DNA from: an uncultured Myxococcales bacterium
GTDB taxonomy: Bacteria; Myxococcota_A; UBA9042
Reading direction: 5' to 3'
Assembly (NCBI GenBank): GCA_903883645.1
Contig: CAISBR010000081.1
Coordinates: 2,833 to 66,832 of the forward strand
Length of the DNA stretch: 64,000 nt
The notes beneath the pieces are model-generated. The model did no database searches and was not told where the DNA came from. It worked only from the letters and a program-made list of their open reading frames with translations. Shown one piece after another: positions 1-9,145 of the stretch. How positions within the stretch are numbered: position 1 is the first letter of the stretch; each line of letters opens with the position of its first letter. Position numbers and translations under genes: made by a program.

Positions 1-1598
1 GCGAGCTGTGGCCCGGCTGTGGGTCCGTCAGTGTGGTCCAGCCATCGGTGGCGCGACTCGGGTCGGCGGGAAGCGCAATAAATGGCGTAAATTTAGCCGG
101 TTGCAGATCGACATCGAGCTGACCCTGCCCTAGCCCCAGAGCGCGGGGCTGGCGGTGGCAGTCGCTACAAGTCCTCGAAATCTTGCGGGTACTGTGCGGG
201 TCCAGCGTGGCAAACAGGTGCAGCGCCACACTCCGACCATCCGCGCGCTTGAGCTGGGCCAACATCCCCGGAATTGCAGGCAGAATGCGGCCATCGGGCC
301 CCATGCCCAGCGCGGGCGGCAGCAGGCCCTGCAACTCCCCAGCCTCGACAAACTGCCCCTGCGTCGGCCGTCCGGCGGCAAAATCCCACTGTTCTTTCGC
401 AGCATTCTGACCCGTATGGCAGGTCGGACAGGTCGGAGCCATCGCACTATGGCAGGCCTGACAGCTCAGGCGCTCGTGGCCAGGCCGGCGATGGTCGAGG
501 TTCACAGGCGTAGGCTTGATGTCCCATGGCTCTCCACTAGCTTTCCGCAGCAGTTGCGCTGGGTTACCAGGACCCGCCGGCACAATATTCCACAACAGCG
601 CCCCCAGCTTGCCCAGCCGCGCCGGCGCGCCAGGTTGCCGCGGGTGCGCGCGCAGGCCCGCCAGATGGCTCAGCGGCTCGGGCAGCACGCTCGGCCAGGT
701 GGTCTGCTCGGCGCGCGGCACCGGCCCGTGGCACGACTCGCAGCGCACATCCACCGCCTGAAACTCGCGCTGTTCCGAGCGGTTGCGCCCCATCACGTCG
801 CTGTAACCGTGGCAGTCGATGCACGCTAGGCCGGCCGTTTGGTGCACGTCGGCCTCGGCCTGGCATAGCGTACGACCGTCGGGCAACGCCACGGGCTCAG
901 GGCACTTGGCCCACGCCGCAGGCTCGTAAAGCCCTTGATAGGTCAAGCTAATCCGGCTGCTTCTGCTGTGGCAGCCTTGGCAACGGCGGTCGTCGGGTCG
1001 GCTGTCGAGGCTGGGGTGACCCGGTTGCACTTTTTCGCCGCGCACCGCTGTGTGGCACGCCGCGCAACCTACGCCCTGGCCTTGCAAAACGTCGTCGCGG
1101 TTGCTGCGGCTCGCGCCCATGTGGCAGCCGGCGCAGAGCTTGCTCAAGTGGCGGTCCGCGTCAGAGTGCGGGGGCAGCGTCAGCACTTGTTGGATCGTCG
1201 TCGCGCCAGTGGGCAACTCCGCCTCGCCCCAGGCCCAGCGGTCGACGGCCACGATGCCGCGCGCCGTGGTCATCAGCGAGTCGGCCACCCGCTCGTGCTC
1301 GCCAGGATGGCAGCCCGACTTGCCACATGTCTTTGTAACTACAGCTAAATCACCGGCATCGCGGGTCATGCCTCGGTGTGCTTTCGCTTTGTCGTCGCTC
1401 TGCGGGTCGCCGAGGTGACACGTCGCACAGCCCATGGCCCGCGCGTCGTGTACCCCACCTGGATTTTCGTGCTGATGGCAAGCCAAGCAATGGTCGGGAG
1501 GGGGCGCGGCAGGGCGCTGGCGGCTAGTCCACCAAGCAAAGCCTATGGCCACCAACAGGGCGCAAGCTAGGGCAGCGATGGCGAAAAGGCGGCGCACC
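1..1598 (-). CDS. Multihaem c-type cytochrome, partial (C-terminal part lies beyond the window start). GTG start near 1598 is followed by a signal-peptide-like segment VRRLFAIAALACALLVAIGFAWW.
   Basis: Hand translation of the minus strand gives one open frame carrying at least 10 CXXCH haem-binding motifs (CLACH, CATCH, CAGCH, CAACH, CQGCH, CIDCH, CESCH, CQACH, CPTCH, CSDCH). It is absent from the ORF track only because it runs off the window edge. The overlapping listed ORFs (130..447-, 165..389-, 155..829+) are different frames with no haem motifs. Confidence 0.6.
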
Positions 1599-1758
1599 GC
1601 GCGAGCCTAGCAGAGTCGGGGCGCTCGCGGCGAGAGCCGTGTCGCGGCGCTAGGCGTTCATGTTCAATTTCAGCGTCGTAACTGGCTAGCCGGCCGATGC
1701 GGCCAAATGTCCAGCCCGCACCGCCGCTGCGTGCTCAAGCAACGGAGGCGCCATGCGG

Positions 1759-2940
1759 TCAGCAGCCGCCCCCCTTCTTGGCCGCTGAAGCGGGCGCCGC
1801 CGTGGGCACCACCGCAGCAGGAGCCGCTACGGGCGCTTGGGCACCGGTCAAGCGGGCGTGCAGAGCCCCGCGCAGGCGATACTCGGCAAGCCGGGCCGGC
1901 GACATGCTTTGGGTCGCCTCCGCCGGCAAGTCCGCCAGCAACTCAGCGGCATAGGCCGGGTAGCCGCCCTGCACACTGACCACTTCACCCGCGAATTCTG
2001 CAAGCTGTGTAGGCACTTCTTTAATTGTGTCGCCACCAATTAGCACGAGTTGCTGGTGGCTGGGCATCGCCGCCGCCGCCCCCTTGGTTACGTCGGACAG
2101 GCACACGGCCGCCGGCAGTGTTCTGTCTTTGCACAGTTTTTGCTCGCGCACATCGACCAGCCACAGCTTCTCGGGCTGGCGTAGCGCGGTATCAACTAGC
2201 GGCAACACTTTGATGGTCCCCGCTTTTCTTGCCACAGCGGACTGCACCGTCTGCGGCAAGGCCAGGGTCGCCAGGGCTGCCAGGGCCAAGACCGCCAAGA
2301 CCGCAAAGCTGCGGTTGCGCGGCCGCATCAGGGCATCGGGGGCAACCTGCTGATTCCGCTTTGAGAACCACCGCTCAATGGCCTCGGCGCCAAAGAAGCA
2401 GCCCACGGCCAGCGCTACCACCGCCGCTGCGACCACGCTATAGGGTAGGCCAAAGAGCGTGTCGAGCCGCAGCACCCCCGCCTTGCCCGACAAGTACAGG
2501 TCGGCAAACACCGGGTAAGTAAAGCCAAATACCAGCGACCCCAGCATCACGCCCAGGTAGGTGAGCATGCCGCCGATATCGCCCGAGGCCGCCGCCACGC
2601 ACGCCGTACCCGGGCAGTAGCCGGCGATGATGAAGCCGACGCCCAGCAGCAGGCCGCCGGTAAGTTGCGGCCACCAATAGGTTTCGGGGATGGTCAGCTG
2701 CCCTAGGTCGAGCCATCCTAGCCCCGCCAAGATGGCCAGCCCGGTGGCCGCCGTGGCGATCGCCGTAAACATCACCTTAAAGACACGCATGTTGGTGCCG
2801 TAGAACTGCGCTGCCAATATGGGTGCCCGGCCGAAGCCAGATCGCTCTAGGGCAAAGCCAAAGCCGATACCGGTCAGCGTGCCCACCACCATGCCGGTCG
2901 AACGCCCAAAGAATTCATTGGGATAAAGGGGTAGCATCAT
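1759..2940 (-). CDS. YeeE/YedE-family (DUF395) sulfur-compound transporter half, fused to a C-terminal rhodanese-like domain that has no active-site Cys
   Basis: The ORF track protein from residue 96 (MMLPLYPNEFFGRSTGMVVGTLTGIGFGF...) is polytopic with GYCPGTACV, typical of YeeE/YedE. The C-terminus (LWLVDVRE...QQLVLIGGD...VSVQGGY) has a rhodanese fold but IGGD replaces the catalytic Cys loop. The ATG at 2938-2940 overlaps the upstream gene's stop codon (ATGA overlap). The first 95 residues of the listed ORF are a likely spurious 5' extension. Confidence 0.7.
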   Translation of the reverse strand: MMLPLYPNEFFGRSTGMVVGTLTGIGFGFALERSGFGRAPILAAQFYGTNMRVFKVMFTAIATAATGLAILAGLGWLDLGQLTIPETYWWPQLTGGLLLGVGFIIAGYCPGTACVAAASGDIGGMLTYLGVMLGSLVFGFTYPVFADLYLSGKAGVLRLDTLFGLPYSVVAAAVVALAVGCFFGAEAIERWFSKRNQQVAPDALMRPRNRSFAVLAVLALAALATLALPQTVQSAVARKAGTIKVLPLVDTALRQPEKLWLVDVREQKLCKDRTLPAAVCLSDVTKGAAAAMPSHQQLVLIGGDTIKEVPTQLAEFAGEVVSVQGGYPAYAAELLADLPAEATQSMSPARLAEYRLRGALHARLTGAQAPVAAPAAVVPTAAPASAAKKGGGC

Positions 2941-3467
2941 TTCCAGTACCTCCGCAGCAGGGGCGCGACCAAGTAGCCGCCGCCAAAGACCGCGAACATG
3001 AACACCCACGAACCCGCAGCTAGCGCCGCGCCACCGGTCAGGGCCTGGCCCGAGGTGCAGCCACGACCCAGCCGCGCCGCTACCCCCATGATTACACCGC
3101 CGATTAGTGCCAGAGCCAGTCGCGACAGCACCGTGGCCCGCGGCCCGCGCAGCAGCACAAGCTTCATGCGCCCAGCAGAATAGGCCGCCAGCGCGCCGCC
3201 CAAGAACACGCCCAGCACTTCCCACACCAGCCAGTCGTCTAAAATGTGCTGGCCGGGCGCGACCATCGGCCCCATATAGGCACTATTTTCAACCGCCTGC
3301 GGGGCCACCAGGTGCGCCGCGCCGATCGCCACCCGGTTCGCCGCGCCCGAGCCGCCCAGGCCGTTGCCCATCACCACAAAACTGCCAAGCAGCACCAAGC
3401 CTAAGAAGATACCCGCCAGATACGGATTCCAGAACGGCGCTTCGTTGTGCGTCTTGTCGCTCATCAC
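2937..3467 (-). CDS. YeeE/YedE-family sulfur-compound transporter, second half-size subunit
   Basis: 176-aa polytopic membrane protein with the GRGCTSGQALTG motif characteristic of YeeE/YedE. It is translationally coupled to the downstream YeeE-rhodanese gene. Confidence 0.7.
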   Translation of the reverse strand: MMSDKTHNEAPFWNPYLAGIFLGLVLLGSFVVMGNGLGGSGAANRVAIGAAHLVAPQAVENSAYMGPMVAPGQHILDDWLVWEVLGVFLGGALAAYSAGRMKLVLLRGPRATVLSRLALALIGGVIMGVAARLGRGCTSGQALTGGAALAAGSWVFMFAVFGGGYLVAPLLRRYWK

Positions 3468-3473
3468 AACCCC

Positions 3474-4427
3474 CTATGGCAACAGCCGAAAACCACTATC
3501 TTGCCCCGCCGCCAGCAGCACCGCCCGCAGCGCCAGCCCACCCAGCAGCACCAGCGCCGGCGTCACCGCCACGAGCGGCAGATGTTTCTTTATTTCAATA
3601 CTTTCGAGCACTAGCGGCACCGCGATACCCATCACCACCACCAGCGACCAGAACGACGCGGTCCACGCGCCACCCAGCAGCGCATCCGCCGCCAGCTGCC
3701 CCGCCGCACCGGCATTGGCAAAACCCAATACCATCGAGGCAATCAGCACCCCTTCGACCGCCAGGGCCAGCATGTCCCAACGCACCAGCCGGTGCCGATC
3801 CGCTTCGTCCAACTTGAACAGCAGCAAGAACGCCGCGCCCGACGACAGACCTGAGGTCAGGAACAGGGGCCCCAGCACCGCGGTATTCCACTGGATTCGC
3901 GCCGTCAGCGTTCCCAGCAGCAGGCCGGTGTAAATGCCCAGACCCACGCCACCCGCCAGCGTCGCCCCCAGCAGCACTTGCCGCTGCCGCTGCGCCCAAG
4001 CCAGCACCCCCACCAACGGCAGCTTTTTCAGCAGCTTACCCTGCAGCTCGGGCCCCAGCGCCAGCAGCCCACTCAACGCCGCCACCGGGTAAATCAGCAC
4101 CAGGATCCACGCCCCCCACGACATCGGCGAGGTGGGGCGAAACGCCAGATAGAACCGAAAAACATGGAGTTTGTAGGCCAGGTCGAGAAACAGCGTACCC
4201 ATGCCCAAACTGAGCAGCACCAGCGCAACTAGGGGCGCCAGCTGCAGAATCCGCGCCGGGGCCGTGTCGCGCGGTCGCCACAGCAGCAGCGACGACAGGA
4301 TCAGCAGCCCCGCCACTAGGCCGCCCAAGAACAAATACACCGCAATTTCCCAGCCCCAGATGTGCAGCACCGGATCGATCTCGGCGTTGACGCGGGTACT
4401 GGTGTGTTCAAGCAGGGTCGGAAGCAT
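3474..4427 (-). CDS. NrfD/PsrC-family polysulfide/thiosulfate-reductase membrane anchor subunit
   Basis: 317-aa polytopic protein. The N-terminal HIWGWEIAVYLFLGG motif is typical of the NrfD/PsrC family. It lies directly downstream of the FeS and Mo subunit genes. Confidence 0.8.
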   Translation of the reverse strand: MLPTLLEHTSTRVNAEIDPVLHIWGWEIAVYLFLGGLVAGLLILSSLLLWRPRDTAPARILQLAPLVALVLLSLGMGTLFLDLAYKLHVFRFYLAFRPTSPMSWGAWILVLIYPVAALSGLLALGPELQGKLLKKLPLVGVLAWAQRQRQVLLGATLAGGVGLGIYTGLLLGTLTARIQWNTAVLGPLFLTSGLSSGAAFLLLFKLDEADRHRLVRWDMLALAVEGVLIASMVLGFANAGAAGQLAADALLGGAWTASFWSLVVVMGIAVPLVLESIEIKKHLPLVAVTPALVLLGGLALRAVLLAAGQDSGFRLLP

Positions 4428-4460
4428 CGCAACCTCGCAAAGTTCTAGGCTAATCAGCGC

Positions 4461-5006
4461 CTAGGTCAAAAAGTACAGGTTCGGCTCGCAGCCAGTCTCC
4501 GGGTGCAGCACCTTGTGGCGACGGCTGGCCAGCAGCTGCGCCACCTCGCCGTGCGGGTCGCTAACATCGCCAAAATGCAGCGTCTTCGTTGGGCAAATCG
4601 CCACGCACGCCGTGGTCTTGCCGCTGGCCACGCGGTGCGCGCAGAAGGTGCATTTGTCGACATAGCCCTCGGGGTGCACGTAGCGCGCGTCGTACGGGCA
4701 CGAGGCGATGCAGGCCTTGCAGCCGGTGCACTTGTCGTGGTCGACCAGCACGATGCCGCCCTCGACCTTGTGGCTGGCGCCGGTGGGGCACGCATCGACG
4801 CAGGGCGCATTGCTGCAGTGGTTGCAGCGTTCCGAGCGGATCTCGGCGCGCAGATTGGGGAAAATGCCCCAGATGTCTTCGACGATCCAGTCGCGGCAAT
4901 AGCCGTCGGGGGTGTTGTTCTCGGCCTTGCACGCGAGCACACAGGCTTTGCAGCCCACGCACAGGCGCGTATCGACGACCATCACGTAGCGTTTTTCGCC
5001 ATTCAT
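4461..5006 (-). CDS. 4Fe-4S ferredoxin-type electron-transfer subunit (PsrB/NrfC-like)
   Basis: Four Cys clusters are present (CVGCKACVLAC, CNHCSNAPCVDACP, CTGCKACIASCP, CTFCAHR). It sits between the Mo subunit and the NrfD subunit genes. Confidence 0.85.
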   Translation of the reverse strand: MNGEKRYVMVVDTRLCVGCKACVLACKAENNTPDGYCRDWIVEDIWGIFPNLRAEIRSERCNHCSNAPCVDACPTGASHKVEGGIVLVDHDKCTGCKACIASCPYDARYVHPEGYVDKCTFCAHRVASGKTTACVAICPTKTLHFGDVSDPHGEVAQLLASRRHKVLHPETGCEPNLYFLT

Positions 5007-5015
5007 CTTGCCCCC

Positions 5016-7214
5016 CTACGCCCTCTCGATCGCGACGAAGTTCACGTTCATGCCCGTGCCGCCAAACACCGGGTCGATCTTTGACCGCGACACCAGCGCC
5101 GTATCGTCGACGCCGCGGCCCTTGGCAAAGCGCAGCCCCGGCGCCGTATGCCCGTAACCATGCACCATAAATACACAATCGGGCCGAATGCGCTGGGTCG
5201 CCTTGAGCCGCAGCGGCGTCGACTTGACCCCGTCTTGGTTGGTCAGCCGCACCTGCGCGCCGTCGTCGAGCCCCATGTCGCGCGCCACTTGCGCGTTCAG
5301 CCACAGCTCGTTTTCGCTATAGATCTCCGACAAGAAGCGGTTGTTGGTCGTCCGCCCAAAGGTATGCGTCGGCGTGCGCCCCATCAGCAGCCTGAACTGC
5401 CCGCGCGGCGGCTCTTCGGGCGGCGTATAGTTGGGCAGCGGATCCAGCCCCGCATCGGCCAATTGTTGGCTAAACAGCTCGATCTTCTTGCTGGGCGTGG
5501 CGAAACTCGCCGGGGCACCGTCTTCTAAGAACACCGGCTTGCCCGGCCCCAGCGCCACGCCGTTCTTCAACACGGCCGCTACATCGAATTTGCCTGCCTC
5601 TAAACGGGCTTTGACCAGCTCGCTCGCGTCGTTCCACGGGAAGTAGGCGCCGAGGCCCAGCCGATTGGCCAGCTCCTTGGCGATCCACCAGCCCGGCTTG
5701 CTGTCGTACAGGGGCGCCACAGCCGGCTGCCGCACGGCGATATACTGGGACTTATAAGGGGTTACCACCACATCGTCCCACCGCTCGAGGTAGGTCGCCT
5801 CGGGCAGCACCACGTCGGCGTAGCCCACGATCTCGGCCGGCAGCACGTCTATCGCCACCAGCAGTTCTAAATGCTGAATCGCTTCAAGGGTCTTCTTGGG
5901 CTCCGGCAGCGCCTGGACCAAGTTCGTGCCGTATACAATCCACGCCTTCAGGTCGTAGTCGGCCGTACCCGGAATGGTCGCGTCGCGCAGCCCATGGGCC
6001 AAGCCCTCGTCGCCAAACGGAAACACCTTGCCCTTGGGTCGATCGGGCGCCCGCTTGAACGTATGGGCAAATTCCGGAACGCCCGCATATTTGGGCACAC
6101 CCAGCTTGGTCGGAAAGTAAAAGCCGCCGCGACGCCCATAGTTACCCAGCAGCGCATTGACGATCGCCATCGCCCGCGCCCGCTGCGTGTCGTCGCCATA
6201 CCACGCCGTGTGGCGCCCCGGGTGCAGCAGCGCCGCCGGCCGCGCCCCCGCCAAAAGCCGAATCGAATCGACGATCTGCGCGGGGTCCAGCCCCGTCTCG
6301 AGCGAGGCCCACTCGGGCGTCTTGTCGGCCACGTGTGCGCGCAACTGCTCAAGACCAATCGCGTACTTGGCAATGTATTCGCGGTCGTACAATCCCTCGC
6401 CCAGCATCACGTGGATCCACGCCAGCAGCAGCGCGATGTCGGTACCGGGCTTAATCGGCAGCCAATACCGGGCCTTACCCGCCGCCGTCGAAAACCGCGG
6501 GTCGACCACCACCAACTGCGCGCCGCACTCGATGGCCTTGGCAAATTCTTGCACCTGGGTATTGTGCATGTTTTCGCCTAGATGCGACCCAATCAGCGCG
6601 ATCGCCCGCGAATTCTCCAGGTCGATCACCTCGGGCGAACCCAGCGGCGCGCCAAAAGTCAGCTGAAAACCGACCTCGCGCGCCCCACGGCACTGCGCGT
6701 GCGAGGGCTGCCCCACATTGTCCGAACCATAGGCATTCAGCAGGTGGCGAAAGAACGAGCCGCCAAAGCCGTGCACAAACAGCGCTACCGCCTCGGGTCC
6801 ATGTTTCGTAGCGATTTCTTTGAGCTTATTGGCCACAAAGTCCAGCGCCTCGGGCCACTCGACCTCTTTGAATTTCTGCGCGCCGCGCTCGCCCACGCGG
6901 ATCATCGGCTTCTTGAGCCGATCCGGGTCGTATAGCAGCCCGGTGCCACCCGTGCCGCGCGGACACAGCGCACCATTCGACAGCGGATGCATGGGGTTAC
7001 CCACGATCTTGGTCACCTTGCCATCTTTGACATGCGCGAGCACACCGCACTTCCAAAAGCACAGCTCGCAAAAGGTCGCGACGGTATGGTCGCCGTCCGT
7101 GCCCGGATCGCTCTCGGCTTGGCCAGACTTGGGCAATCCCAGCGAGGTCGCCACCGCCACGCCCAGAGCCGTTGTGCCAGTAATTTTAATAAAGTCGCGT
7201 CGTTGCATTACCAT
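5016..7214 (-). CDS. Molybdopterin (Mo-bisPGD) oxidoreductase catalytic subunit, PsrA/PhsA-like, Tat-exported
   Basis: 732 aa with a twin-arginine signal (MQRRDFIKITGTTALGVAVA) and an N-terminal Cys cluster (CELCFWKCG). It shows family-level similarity to polysulfide/thiosulfate/tetrathionate reductase A subunits. Confidence 0.9.
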   Translation of the reverse strand: MVMQRRDFIKITGTTALGVAVATSLGLPKSGQAESDPGTDGDHTVATFCELCFWKCGVLAHVKDGKVTKIVGNPMHPLSNGALCPRGTGGTGLLYDPDRLKKPMIRVGERGAQKFKEVEWPEALDFVANKLKEIATKHGPEAVALFVHGFGGSFFRHLLNAYGSDNVGQPSHAQCRGAREVGFQLTFGAPLGSPEVIDLENSRAIALIGSHLGENMHNTQVQEFAKAIECGAQLVVVDPRFSTAAGKARYWLPIKPGTDIALLLAWIHVMLGEGLYDREYIAKYAIGLEQLRAHVADKTPEWASLETGLDPAQIVDSIRLLAGARPAALLHPGRHTAWYGDDTQRARAMAIVNALLGNYGRRGGFYFPTKLGVPKYAGVPEFAHTFKRAPDRPKGKVFPFGDEGLAHGLRDATIPGTADYDLKAWIVYGTNLVQALPEPKKTLEAIQHLELLVAIDVLPAEIVGYADVVLPEATYLERWDDVVVTPYKSQYIAVRQPAVAPLYDSKPGWWIAKELANRLGLGAYFPWNDASELVKARLEAGKFDVAAVLKNGVALGPGKPVFLEDGAPASFATPSKKIELFSQQLADAGLDPLPNYTPPEEPPRGQFRLLMGRTPTHTFGRTTNNRFLSEIYSENELWLNAQVARDMGLDDGAQVRLTNQDGVKSTPLRLKATQRIRPDCVFMVHGYGHTAPGLRFAKGRGVDDTALVSRSKIDPVFGGTGMNVNFVAIERA

Positions 7215-7349
7215 CGCCTCGCTACGCTTGTGACCCGCCGGCAGGGGGCGAGCCTCAAGTCGTAGGAGCCGACGCCAATCTGCGACGGTTCGCGGCCAAG
7301 ACGGTGGGGTGACAATCGGCGCGGCAGGTCAAATGCGCCGCAACATGTG

Positions 7350-7715
7350 CTACTTCAGCAGTTCGTTCTCGATGATGTCGCGGTGGTACAGCGAGCCGCG
7401 AAAGCCGATGACGCGCTCGACCTCGGCGCCGCTCTTAAAGTAGACCACCGTAGGCGTCGACTGCACGCCCAGCTGGCTGCAGATGCGCGGCGCCGTCTCG
7501 ATGTTGGCCTCGCACACCTTGACCTTGCCATCAAAGTCCTTGGCAAGATTTAGGATCACTGCCTCAAGCTGGCGGCACGGCGCGCAGGTCGAGCTCCAAA
7601 AATCGACCAACACCGGCCGGTCACTGCGCAGCACCTCTTGCTGAAAGTTGCTGTCGTCGAGCCGCAGCGGCATCGGCGCCGGCTTGCCCCCTAGCAGATT
7701 ACTCAACCACCCCAT
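7350..7715 (-). CDS. Thioredoxin
   Basis: The WSSTCAPC active site and thioredoxin fold run from the internal Met (MGWLSNLL...). The sequence AAGGGGA lies 6 nt upstream of that ATG. The listed ORF start at 7829 is probably a 5' extension. Confidence 0.85.
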   Translation of the reverse strand: MGWLSNLLGGKPAPMPLRLDDSNFQQEVLRSDRPVLVDFWSSTCAPCRQLEAVILNLAKDFDGKVKVCEANIETAPRICSQLGVQSTPTVVYFKSGAEVERVIGFRGSLYHRDIIENELLK

Positions 7716-7858
7716 CGCGTTCCCCTTTGCAGCTGGCCGCCGCACTATTTTGTGCAGCGGACGTACGAGCCTGATCAACAGTGCTGGATTCGCCCCCAGC
7801 TGCGCGAGTATGCTGCGCCGCGAGCCCAACGCACAGAGTGGCTCACTTCGGAGGCAGC

Positions 7859-9142
7859 GTGCGCATCGTCTGGTTGGCCGTAATTCTTTTGGCAGCGTGC
7901 GGAGATCCGACCCTCAGCACCACTACGCTGGGCGCAGACTCGTCGAAAAATAGCGACACCGCGAGCCTCGACGGCGCTGGCGATGCGGGCAACGATGGAT
8001 TGCAAGCCCCCGATACACAAGCAGAAGATCTCGGCGCACCCGATGCCGCTGTCCAAGACGATGCTCCACAAGACGTTGCCGCTCAAGATGTTGCACCACT
8101 CGATACAGCTCCAGCCGATGCAGCTCTGGCCGATACTGGCGTGCCCGATACGTCGCTCGCCGATACAGCTGATGTCGCGGCAGACGTTCAAACCGATACA
8201 ACTGTTGATTCTTCAAGCGATGCAGGCAAGCCGGCTGTCTCGACCGTCACCGGCGGCCACTGCGACGCGCCCTTTGCCCTGCCGGCCACCCAGCCCTGGA
8301 AACACAACATCGCCACCCCGCTCGTCACCATCCAGGGCGGGCCCAACCATCGAATTCGCGATGTGATCTTGCCCCTTGGCAGCGCCGGCCAGCTGCGCGG
8401 CCACTTCACCTACGGCACCCTCGACAGCGATCTGGGCGACGAAACCGTCGAGCTATGGGTTCAGACCTGTCCCGGCTGGGTCAAGTGGGGCGCGGCACAG
8501 ACCGATAGCAATGGTTACGTATACTTCGACGTGCCCAGCAGCCTGCCCGCCGGCGACTACCGCGTCAAGATCGTGGTGCTGGGCGATCAAACCGTGGCCG
8601 ACGGCATGATCGCAGCCTGGCCCGCCGGCATGCAGGTGATCGTCACCGATATTGACGGCACGCTGACCACCAGCGACTGGCAGGCCGTGCAAGACATCAT
8701 TTTCGGCGCCTCGGCCGAGATGTATCCCGATGCCAACACCGCCATTCAGCAGTTTGGCAAGAAGGACTATCGCATGGTGTACCTGACCGGCCGGCCCGAG
8801 CTCGTCACCCGCTACTCGCGCAACTGGCTGATGGACCACGACTTTCCGCTAGGCACCGTGCACGTAACCGACGACATTGCCCAGACCATGCCCACCGAGG
8901 CCGGCGTGCAAAAGTTCAAGGCCGACTTCTTGGCCGGTCTGCAAAGCACCGTAAAGCTGCAGCTGATCGCCGGCTTTGGCAACGCCACCACCGACATTGG
9001 CGCGTATTACGCGGTAAACCTGCCTAAAGACAAGGTGTTCATCATCGGCACCAATGCGGGCGCCAACGGCTCCACACCGATCATCAGCTACACCGCCCTG
9101 CTGCCGCAGCTGTACTCGTGGCCGGCGGCGAGCCAGCCCTAG
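7859..9142 (+). CDS. Lipoprotein with a C-terminal LNS2 (lipin/Ned1/Smp2) HAD-type phosphatase domain
   Basis: GTG start at 7859 preceded by GGAGG. The signal and lipobox are VRIVWLAVILLAAC|GD. A low-complexity D/A/P-rich linker follows. The C-terminus carries a DIDGTLT catalytic motif followed by YRMVYLTGRPELVTRYSRNWL, the LNS2 pattern. Confidence 0.65.
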   Translation: MRIVWLAVILLAACGDPTLSTTTLGADSSKNSDTASLDGAGDAGNDGLQAPDTQAEDLGAPDAAVQDDAPQDVAAQDVAPLDTAPADAALADTGVPDTSLADTADVAADVQTDTTVDSSSDAGKPAVSTVTGGHCDAPFALPATQPWKHNIATPLVTIQGGPNHRIRDVILPLGSAGQLRGHFTYGTLDSDLGDETVELWVQTCPGWVKWGAAQTDSNGYVYFDVPSSLPAGDYRVKIVVLGDQTVADGMIAAWPAGMQVIVTDIDGTLTTSDWQAVQDIIFGASAEMYPDANTAIQQFGKKDYRMVYLTGRPELVTRYSRNWLMDHDFPLGTVHVTDDIAQTMPTEAGVQKFKADFLAGLQSTVKLQLIAGFGNATTDIGAYYAVNLPKDKVFIIGTNAGANGSTPIISYTALLPQLYSWPAASQP

Positions 9143-9145
9143 GGG

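Noticed and set aside
3107-5304. Numerous 60-250-aa ORFs on both strands overlapping the psrABC and YeeE genes (e.g. 3107..3817+, 3364..3933+, 4561..5304-, 4589..5170+)
   Set aside because: They are out-of-frame or antisense shadows of genes with strong family signatures. They show Pro/Arg/Ala-rich composition and have no motifs.
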